From NCBI GenBank assembly GCA_026026165.1, contig JAPEUD010000086.1:62001-95271 (forward strand): a DNA stretch of 33,271 bases. Reading direction: 5' to 3'. This DNA comes from Sarea resinae. Its lineage: Eukaryota. Below are positions 24,208 through 33,271 of the stretch, piece after piece (within the stretch, counting starts at the first letter, position 1; the number at the start of each line of letters is the position of its first letter). Under the pieces are notes generated by a model. The model was given only the letters and a program-made list of their open reading frames with translations, was not told the DNA's origin and did not search any database. A program made the position numbers and the translations under genes.

Positions 24208-25150
24208 CAAGTGAATACTCGACCTCGCCTCCAACTCCCCATGCGGTATCATGGACGAATTCTAGAACGATTTCTTCCACAGCAAGTCGACAGCATTGTC
24301 ACACAGATCGTCACACTTATCGTCGCTCGGCTCTTCACTAGCCAATTCTGGCCAATTAACGCTTTACTACTGCATTCATTCGACGTACTCGGGCGGGGTG
24401 CCATATGATGACAACAGGAGCTGGGAAGATGGGAGAGTTGCATCGCGTAGCAGCTGCATCGGGGACTGGGGAAAGAACTCTTTACATGACGGGGCATCTT
24501 TCGCCGGGCTCTTTCTCGAGGAGAAAATTGGCCACAGCGATCAGGAATGGGGGAATAGATGTTGAGAATCGCTTCTATAGACAAACCGGGGAAATGAATA
24601 GCTGCATCCGGGGGTCAGAGGGGAAACGAACATATCGAGTTGTGCGCCAGAACAGAGTCAAGGAACAAGGTGATTATCGAGACGCTAAGGGGGTACTGTG
24701 GTGGTGCCGATTGGGGATTGTGAAGGGGAAGAGAGATTAATTTATGAAATTACATGACGGTGTATCTTTTCGCTAATTCATGAAGAGGTCGTGACAAAGG
24801 GGACAGAACATTTTCGGATATTTTGGGTAGAGGTGGAATCGCAGGGGAAACGGGGTGTATAAGGGCAGGAGAGCGGTTGTGCGACAGCTGGGATTGAAAA
24901 CGAAAACAATAAATACTGTAGAAGCGGCCGTCTCGATGGATTTTGAGTGCCAAGCAGATATGTAACGACATCTGGGCAACGGCCTCTAAGAGGCACTAGG
25001 CCAAGTTGAGTCGCAAGAACGGAGGCTATGCCGGCGCTTGCACTCACTGACACGAAATGGTAATCCCATAGCCATAAGCATCATGAAAGGACAGGCAGAC
25101 TCCTCAGTTGACATGTGAAAGGCCGGACTGGAGAAATGTACCACGGCCCC

Positions 25151-27166
25151 TTACATATCCATAGAATCAACGCCATTGGCAAAGTTGAAGCCGCCTTGCT
25201 GCTGGCCTTGAGCACCAAAACCAAAGGTGCCACCTGCGCCTTGCTGGGGAGCAAGCTCGCTGACATCTGCAGCTTCATCTTCATCGGAGAAGTACTTCTC
25301 GATGATGTTGTAGGCCTTCATGTAGATCTCCTCGTTGGCATTGTTCTGGCAGTCATGGATCTTCTCCATGCCGTTGGCTTCCTCGATGTAGAGAGCGAAC
25401 TTGTTGATGTTCTGCTCGGCAGGGTTGGTAGCACTATCCTTGTCCATCTCTCCCACCTTGAGAATATTCTCCAAGCCGTCAAGAGCAACTTGGATGATCT
25501 TGTTGTCAGGGCAGCTTAGCAGATCACACAGAGGCTTGATGCAGCCTTGGGAGACCAGGTAGCGAATTTGCTCAGGCTTTTGCAGACCACCAGACGTAGC
25601 GTTGGAAATGGCCCAGCATGCCTCCTTTCGAGTCTTGAAGTCACCGTTGGACAGGAGGTTGATGAGAGGAGGGATGATGTTGGCATCAATGACGGCCTGG
25701 ATTTGAGTGCAGTTGCCCGCGGTGATATTGGAGATGGTCCAGCAAGCTTCCTTTCGGATGCCATCCTTTGTGGAGCCCAAAAGCGATAGAAGGGCCGGCA
25801 AGGAACCGCAGTTGATGATGACTTGCGTCTGAATGTCATCGCCAGTGACGATGTTACCAACTGATCGAAGAGCAGGAGTCTGCACGGAGGTAGATGCATG
25901 CATCAGAAGTTCCACGAGACGGCGAGGGATGCCAGCTTCGATGACGGCCTGGATCTTGTCGTTGGAGCCGTCGGAAAGGTATGAGATGGCCCAGCAGGCA
26001 TCAATCAAGACTTCATCGTCGAGTGAGTAAACAAGCTTGGCCAAAACGGGCAAAGCAGGGTAGATCTGATAGATGGTTAGTCTGCGACCGAAGACTAGGC
26101 AGCCGTGATGCTTACGGTATTCCAATCAGGCTGGGGTGTCTTTCCACGACAGAAGTTGCTCAGGGTCCAAGTGGCGTTCCGTAGCATGCTCAGCTTACGG
26201 CTGTCTCCGAGCAGGGTAAGGAGAGGACGGAGAGCACCAGCACCCAGCACGTAGTCTCGGCATTGTGGACTGTCACCAGCAATGTTTCCCAACGCCCAAA
26301 CAGCTTGCTCCCGAACGTCCGGCTCATGGCTGCTCAGCAACTCAACAAAGATCGGGACGGCACCAGCTTCGATGACAACCTGAGTTTGTTGTGCCGAGCC
26401 AGAGGCGATATTCGTCAGGGCCCAGGCAGCCTCGAACTGAACTAGAGTATGAGGGGATGAGAGGAATTGAACAAATCGACTGACGACACCGGTCGCGATG
26501 ACTCGCTCAATGGGGGGGTTGCGCTCCTTTGACAATAACTTTCTGAATTTGGTCGTCGCTTGGATCTGGGCTTCGATGTCGTCCGAGAAAACGCCTTTTA
26601 CCATCTGTGGAAGCTCCTCATTAAGCTACAGTCAAGTCAGCCATTGCACTCGAGACGAGAAGCCGAGAGTTGCCAATGGAAATTGAAAGAAAAGCAAAGT
26701 GGAGAGGGGTGGAGATTTGATCTGCATGATCGGGAATAGTCTCTCCCACGTTCACCCGCCAACAATCAGGCAAACAGAAGCGAAAAATACAAGCGAACAA
26801 CACCCTCAGCGGTCGCGGGCGGCAAGGCTGTCGAGGTGAATAACAAAGTAGACAGTTAAATCTCTCGGGAGAAGAGTGTGTGATCAAGTAGAAGATATGT
26901 GGTTTTGCAGCAAAAGTACGAACCTGACTCTCAATGTTGCCGCCTTCGTCATCGCTATCCTGTGAAGCCCCCAAGGAAGCGCCCGGACCAGAGACAGCGC
27001 CATCCCGAGTGGCGATGCCTCTCCTCTTTGCGAGATTCTCCTCTCTCTTGGCCTTGCGGATCTCGACCTGTTGCTCTTCGCGGCGACGTCGTAGCTCGTC
27101 CGGCTTGAAGGTATTCTTGGCCTTGAACTGGGTGCGACGATGCTCGGGGATGTATCGCTCCGCCAT
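25151..27166 (-). CDS. SRP1: Importin subunit alpha (karyopherin alpha), 555 aa
   Basis: Exons 27166-26924, 26625-26116 and 26065-25151. IBB domain ([26 protein letters not shown]) and ARM repeats ([41 protein letters not shown]). Equivalent to KAP60/kapA. Confidence 0.97.
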
Positions 27167-27741
27167 AGTGAACGAGGACCGACAATCGAAAGAAAAAGGT
27201 CGGATGCTGTCTGAGTTGTGAAATGGTAGGCAGGTAAAGAAGTGCAGAAGCCGAGAAAGATCACTGAGATAAGAACAGGAGGCGACTGTAGGTGGGCGGG
27301 GAGTGGAGTGAAGTGAGTTGAAGTAGTAGTGGATGGAGATGGAGATGAAGGTTGTCAGTGTGAAAGACTAGAGTGAGGGACATCAATGGATGGGGAAACG
27401 AAAGTTGTCGCTGTGGTGCTCGGGGGGGCCACTCATCAGAGACAGCACGTGATACAGCCGAGGGGTACCTACTCCGTAGTCCTCCTACCACTGCGGTAGG
27501 GCAGAGTGATGACTAAGCGGGTGTGGTCGATAGTGAGAGGTACCCAGTACCCGTAGGGACTTTGAAGATGCTCGATCTGCACCGATCACTCTGGTATCCG
27601 TGAGGTACGAAGTACTCCGTATCGGATGCTTTTTTCCTGGATAGCAGGCCAAGGAAACGGATGCCGTTCGAGATGATGGAGAGAGTGAAGACTTTGGTGT
27701 CCAGATCTTCAGGCTTCTCTTCTGCGGTCCTTGAGGGTCTT

Positions 27742-27775
27742 ATTCACTGATTCAATGATTCACTGATTCACTGAT
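27742..27775. repeat. (ATTCACTG)x4 tandem repeat in the importin alpha/POT1 divergent promoter
   Basis: ATTCACTG ATTCAATG ATTCACTG ATTCACTG AT. Confidence 0.8.
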
Positions 27776-27856
27776 CCAACACTGACATGACATGGATCGA
27801 ATATTGCCTATTTACCTTACTGCGTACTCTGTACTACCTTACACCTGGATCCCTCG

Positions 27857-27884
27857 ACGCGTCTATCGGTTAAGCGAGGCGCGT
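27857..27884. promoter_or_regulatory. Possible MCB (MluI cell-cycle box) pair upstream of POT1
   Basis: ACGCGT at 27857-27862 and GCGCGT at 27879-27884, 160-190 nt upstream of the ATG. Confidence 0.35.
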
Positions 27885-28044
27885 CTTCCTGAGTTGGTCA
27901 GATTCAGGCTCATATCCGTGGATATCAAGAGTGAGACTGAGACGTTTCTACGCCCCAGCTCATGGGTCGCCACCTCAAGACATTGTCTTGTCGAAAGAGT
28001 GCCATCTATGTGACCTAGCAGAGCAGCTGCCTCGCCTTCTCGGG

Positions 28045-30519
28045 ATGGCTGGCATGGATATAGGACAGCCTCCCAGATATGTCTCGATCGAAGAAGCCCT
28101 GGCTCGCTCCAATGAAGACCTCAGTATCATGGGTGTCGTCGTGGATTCTCTCCCCATAGGTGCTACCCGGGGTTCCGGTGAGTTCGATCTGGCTTCTCTC
28201 CGTCGGTAGTGGCTTCAGACGCGGGAGGACAATCTAACACTTGCCAAGATCTACAATGCACGTTTACCATTGCAGACGAGAGTGACTACAACGGCTTAAG
28301 ATGCAAATTCTTTCGTCCCAAGGAGAGTCAACTTCCTCCTATTCGCGGGACTGGAGATGTCGTTATCTTGCGTAGAATTCAAGTAGATTCATGGCCCATA
28401 TCCTGAACCCAAAAGACTAACGGTTCCAGGTCAAACTCTGGTCCGGCACGAAACTCGCCCTCTCCAACAGACTGTCTGAATGGATAGTGTTTCCTGCCAG
28501 CTCCATCCCCGAAAAGGTCCCTGAGAAATTCGAACGACCAGATTATCTTTGCATCACGCCCACAAGACCTCCTTCAGCTGCAGAATATGAATATGCGATC
28601 AAGTTATGCAATTCTCAAGATCGGAGTTCCTTCACTGCCCCAGCTGTGACGCAGTCAACGACGCCTTCCGAACCCGGCTCGGTGATCCGTCAGGTCGTGA
28701 CGCCCTTTCTTCCGAAAGAGAAATTCTCTTTGATCAAGGACGTGGCAGACCACGGATTCTATGACCTTGTAGGCCAAGTTGTGAAGATTTACCCACGAAA
28801 CTTCGGCGACGTTGAAATCTATATCACCGACTACACTGCCCATCCACTTTTATACCAATACTCGTGGGCCGGCGAGCAATCGGACAGTACGCCTCGGGAG
28901 GGAGACGAGTACGGGTATATCAGGAGACCATCTCAAAATAAGGATTGGTCGGGACCGTACGGACGGATGACGTTGAAGGTCGAATTAACTCATTCTCACG
29001 CGGAAATTGCTCGAAGTACCGTCTCCGTGGATGATTTTGTACTTTTTCGGAACGTACGAATCAAGTACAATCAGGCGAATGCCTTAGAGGGCACGATGTG
29101 GGACAATGGGAAAACCAGAGACCGAATCGATGTGCTCGTCCTGAAAAAAGGGGATGCTCGTGTTGAAAAGGTCCTGCAGCGGAAGGAGGAGTATTTGGAG
29201 AGACACCGCAAGCAGAAAGCAAGATACCTGAAATTGGCAGAAAAAGAGAGGAAAAGGAATAGAAAAGAGGACAGCTGTGACAGTGCGGAGGACAGCAAGG
29301 GTGAAGCGAGCGAAGAGAGGGAGAAGAACAACAGTGGTGGTGAAATGGATCACCACGAAGAGCAGCCGAAACTGCTGCCAAAAAGCAGGAAGAGAAAAAG
29401 ATCCAAAAAATACACAGCTCAGAAAGAGCCAGCAAAGAAAGCCGAGCCCATACAGGAAATTAAACCCGCAAAGAAGGCGGAGGACGCAAAGGAAACCAAG
29501 CATACAAATAGAGTCGAGTCCACAGAGGAGGCTGAGCCCTCGAGAGAGACCAAGCTCACAAGGCATGTCGAGCCCTCGAGAAAGACCGAGCCCAAAATCA
29601 AAGACGAAAGCCTACAGATTGAGAAGAGAGATCTCAACAAGCAAGGCAAGACTAGAACCTCGTATCTGCAAGACCATAGATGGCTAACCCACTTCCAGTA
29701 AAATGCCATCGCCCTTCTCATGTTGCGCCGCAACCAATCTCCAGCATTATGCGCAGCCATTATCAGGACGAAACACGGGCAGGCGGCCTCAAGCATCGCC
29801 TCCCATTCTTGAATCTCAAATTCAGCGCCCGCGTGCGTGTTGTCGATTTCTTTCCCTCAAACCTCGTCGACTTTGCTCTTCCGAAAGATGATTCGCAAGT
29901 AGCAGGATTGCAGACACCCAAAGAACGAGAGACTACCTCGTCATCAAGCAACGGCTGGGAATGGTGCTTTTTCCTTCTCATTGAGGATGCTGAGCAAGCT
30001 GTATCGACGTCCAAAGGAAGATCTTTTATGAGAGTCGTTGTGAAAGGCCCAGAGGCCACTCAATTGGTCGGTTTCGAACCAGAAGAGTATGTATACTTCA
30101 TTATTGAAAGCTTATACAGGATACTAATTATCCATTTCTGTACTACTAGTCTTCACAAGAATCCCTTTGCTTTGAACCGCTTCCGGGAACGCCTCTTTAT
30201 CCTATGGGGCGACTTGGAAGAGCGTAAAGCTGCTGCCGCCAAGCATGAGCCAGAGCCCCTTCGTAGCAAGGATTCGAACCAGCAAGTTGAGAAGAGAAAA
30301 GGGATAGAGAAGAACGAGCCAACTATGGGAGAAGTAGGGAGGATGAATTTCAAGCCTTCCAGTCGGGCATTCGAATGCTGCATTTACGAGTACGGTGTCG
30401 AGGCTCAAGACTCACTAAAAGCGATCCAAGATGGAAAGGAGATTCCTTGGTGGAAAGGCGAGCAACCTATCCGCGGCTGGCAACGCGTCTTCCGTATCTT
30501 CAACACGGCAATTCTGTAG
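28045..30519 (+). CDS. POT1: Protection of telomeres protein 1 (OB-fold telomeric ssDNA-binding), about 746 aa
   Basis: Exons 28045-28177, 28249-28382, 28430-29645, 29699-30086 and 30150-30519. OB1 (IMGVVVD...DLQCTFTIAD...KFFRP...LPPI...GDVVILRRI), OB2 (FYDLVGQVVK...YITDYT...GPYGRMTLKV) and C-terminal OB (VRVVDFFP...DFA...WEWCFFLLIED...LFILWGDLEE...FECCIYEYG). Confidence 0.88.
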
Positions 30520-31274
30520 GCCCTGGCTCGGCCCTCAGTGGCTCCTTCATGTCGGCGTCTGCACGGTATAGCGTCATGGTGTGATTATGGCGCTCCTCAT
30601 ACTCAAGCTTTCTATTGTTAACGTTACTTTACGAGAATATTAAGATCATGTCCCTTTTTTTCGACGTGATACATCTATTGAATCAGGGACCAACCCTTTG
30701 TTGAATGAGGGTATAGCACGCTCCTATGATTTGATTCTTGACCCCGGCTTCACTTGTTCATTGGCAACTCGTGCCTCGAACGCGAATCCATGCTTCTTCG
30801 ATGTAGTAATCGAAGCAGAGCCTGCGTAGTATAGCAGGGAATTCTTCAACAATCGGCAAGATGCAACTTGTCGTGGTATGTAATGGCAGGTTGTGTGGCA
30901 TCATCCCCCTTGTTGATCAAGTCCCCTGATTATCATGTGAAAGCGACATTCCTTATCGGGCCAACTAGCCACGTTGCCATAGCGTACTACGTATGCGATA
31001 GCCGCGCATCACCAACACTCGTCATCGCATACCACCAACCTCGCCAGTCGAGTACGCGCGCGCTCTCAAACATAGGGTCCAGCATAGTAGCGACCAACTC
31101 TCCGCGTGCCACTCGATCAATCATGCTTCATCAATAGCTTTATCAGTACTCATCTCATCGCCTCTAGAATAAATCTACCCAACGCTGTGAAATGCTTTAA
31201 AGCTTTACTCCAATACGAGGTACAGCTAGCTATTCAACGAAAGAACGAACCAGCGAGTTCAGACAAGAAGCAAG

Positions 31275-32566
31275 ATGTCCACCCACGGCCAATTCAACAC
31301 CAGGAACCCGACAATCAAGCGCATTTGTACAGTCTCCTCCCTCGTTTCTCTAATGCTCTACAAAACCCTCGCGTCAACACTAACACGCGATCCCCTTTGG
31401 CAGTAAAAGAAGCATCGGAGCTCTCCAGCAGCCCCTCGGCAGACTACCACGCCGCACCGCTCGACGACAACCTCTTCGAATGGCATTTCACACTGCTCGG
31501 CCCGCCGTCGACACCGTACAGCACTGGGATGTACCACGGGCGGATCATCCTGCCGCCCACGTACCCGCTGCGACCGCCGTCGTTCCGCTTCCTGACGCCG
31601 TCGGGCCGCTTCGAGCCGAATCGCGAGATCTGTCTCAGTATCAGCGGACACCACGAGGAGACGTGGCAGCCTGCGTGGGGGATTCGGACGGCGCTCGTGG
31701 CGCTGCGGGCGTTCATGGGGGAGGAGAGTAAGGGGATGGTAGGGGGGATGGAGGCAGCGGAGGGGGTCAGGAAGAGGCTAGCGAGCGAGGCGAGGGCGTG
31801 GAGGTGTGGCGGGTGTGGTGGGAGGAGTAACGAGGAGGTTATGAAGGAAGTGGCTGATAGGCTTGAGGAGGAGGGGAGGGCGGAGAAGGCGAAAACGGGG
31901 GCGGCGGAGGAGGTGCCGGAGGGACTGAGGTTGGGGTATAGGGAGGATATCGAAGGGGCTGTGAAATCGGGCTCGTCACCGTCAGAGCAACAGCAGAAAA
32001 AGCCGTCTCTTTCCTCGTCTACCCCACCCGCCGCCTCCCTATCTCAATCTCAGAGTCAACCTCCGCCCTCACTCCCAACCACAGACACAGACACAGGCAT
32101 AGGCACCGGCATGGGCCTCGCCAGAACCACGGCGTCCCCTCACGCACAGCCACAGCCACAGCCACAGCCACAGCCCCAACAACAAGCAACTTCCCTACCG
32201 CCATCATCACGTCCACCTACAACGCAACCTTCCATCCACCCTCCCCCTCCCCCTCCCACCCGTACAACTTTAACTCCAGATCCAAATCCAACACCACCCA
32301 TCCAACATCCTTCGACATCCGCATCCCCACCCTCGGTCCCCACCCAACGCACATCCCCATCCAGAACCACAACCACAACCTCAACCCCAACCCCACGGAC
32401 GATCCGCCCTACCCCAACCACCACCACCACCACCACCACCACCACAGCCACAGCAACCGCCGCCACCGCCGCTGTCCTCGAGCCCTCCACCCCCTGGCTA
32501 GACAAGACCATCTACGCGGTCCTGGCGGCATTGGTAGCACTGATCGTGCGGAAGATTGTCAGCTGA
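31275..32566 (+). CDS. Ubc6/UBE2J-type tail-anchored ubiquitin-conjugating enzyme E2, 404 aa
   Basis: Exons 31275-31326 and 31404-32566; splicing gives NPTIKRILKEASEL. NLFEWHFT, YHGRIILP, TPSGRFEPNREICLSIS (catalytic Cys), ETWQPAW and a C-terminal transmembrane segment IYAVLAALVALIVRK. Confidence 0.92.
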
Positions 32567-33004
32567 GTGGAGCCGTATGGCACTGATCTTTAAACACCGA
32601 GCCTGAACCGAGCTGAGCTAGACGCCGAGCTGAGCTGAGCTGGGCGAAGGCGGATGATGGCAGACCGATGAAAACAACAACAACAACAACATGGATGACT
32701 GATAGATCCAGAAAGAACGTCAGAGTATGAGTTTGAATAGCGAAGAGCGAATAGCGAACATACGTGTATCTGTATCTGTGCATCTCAGCTTAGCTAGGTC
32801 CCTGAGGTCCTCGGGTCCTCAGGTCCTTACACCGTAGGCCCTTTAGGCACTTTACTCTACCTTACATACATACCTACCTACCTTACCTTGCCTGAATACT
32901 CCACGCCGATGGATAGATATATCAGATAGATACCTTAGATTAGCCGTTCTAGTATCTACATCTATACCTATATCTACTCTAGAGTTTATATGTATAAAAA
33001 ATTT

Positions 33005-33225
33005 CTCTCTCTTACTCTCTTGCTCTCTTGCTCTCTTGCTCTCTTGCTCTCTTGCTCTCTTGCTCTCTTGCTCTCCCTACTTATTAGTTTCTTCCTTCTC
33101 TTCTCTTCTCTTCTCTTCTCTTCTCTTCTCTTCTCTTCTCTTCCTTCCTTTCTATATTCCTTTCTATATTCCTCTCTATATATTCCTCTCTATATATTCC
33201 TCTCTATATATTCCTGTAAGGAATG

Positions 33226-33271
<46 letters not shown>
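33005..33271. repeat. Compound simple-sequence array running off the window end
   Basis: (CTCTCTTG)n at about 33005-33075, (TTCTC)n at about 33097-33143, (TTCCTYTCTATA[TA])n at about 33146-33214 and (CTA)n at 33227-33271. Confidence 0.93.

Noticed and set aside
24110..24420. C/D snoRNA candidates (TGATGA at about 24203 minus and about 24405 plus)
   Set aside because: The plus-strand C box has no CTGA D box in range. The minus-strand pair lies in the TRAP-alpha leader with no terminal stem or recognisable guide.
31106..31403. N-terminal extension of the 486-aa E2 ORF
   Set aside because: It starts at GTG and runs through UTR and intron sequence. The spliced model from ATG 31275 restores the conserved NPTIKRILKE.

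Overview
Gene-dense window from a filamentous ascomycete (Pezizomycotina) nuclear genome, judged from short spliceosomal introns with CTRAC-type branch points and fungal-type proteins. I reconstructed 11 spliced protein genes by hand, and all complete models close in frame: a 5'-truncated C2H2 zinc-finger gene, cyanase, a Pfa3-like DHHC palmitoyltransferase, a UBA/RWD DExH RNA helicase, aprataxin (Hnt3), a CCCH zinc-finger protein, a DHA1-type MFS transporter, TRAP-alpha/Irc22, importin alpha, Pot1 and a Ubc6/UBE2J-type E2. There is also an intron-containing tRNA-Ser(CGA). No transposon, CRISPR or biosynthetic cluster is evident, and I found no clear-cut novel multi-gene system. The best leads are: (i) a Pro-rich uORF ending in Pro-Ser-stop ahead of the MFS transporter, resembling the polyamine/eIF5A-sensing HOL1 uORF, at the proximal end of a ~5.9 kb gene-free region that contains a dense GTAC cluster; (ii) a GC-AG intron needed to make full-length Pot1; (iii) a long, apparently structured, stop-free first intron in importin alpha; (iv) microsatellite islands with RIP-like CpA->TpA changes; and (v) a recurring intergenic TACTCCGTA motif. 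Gene names come from motif recognition only, with no database search.
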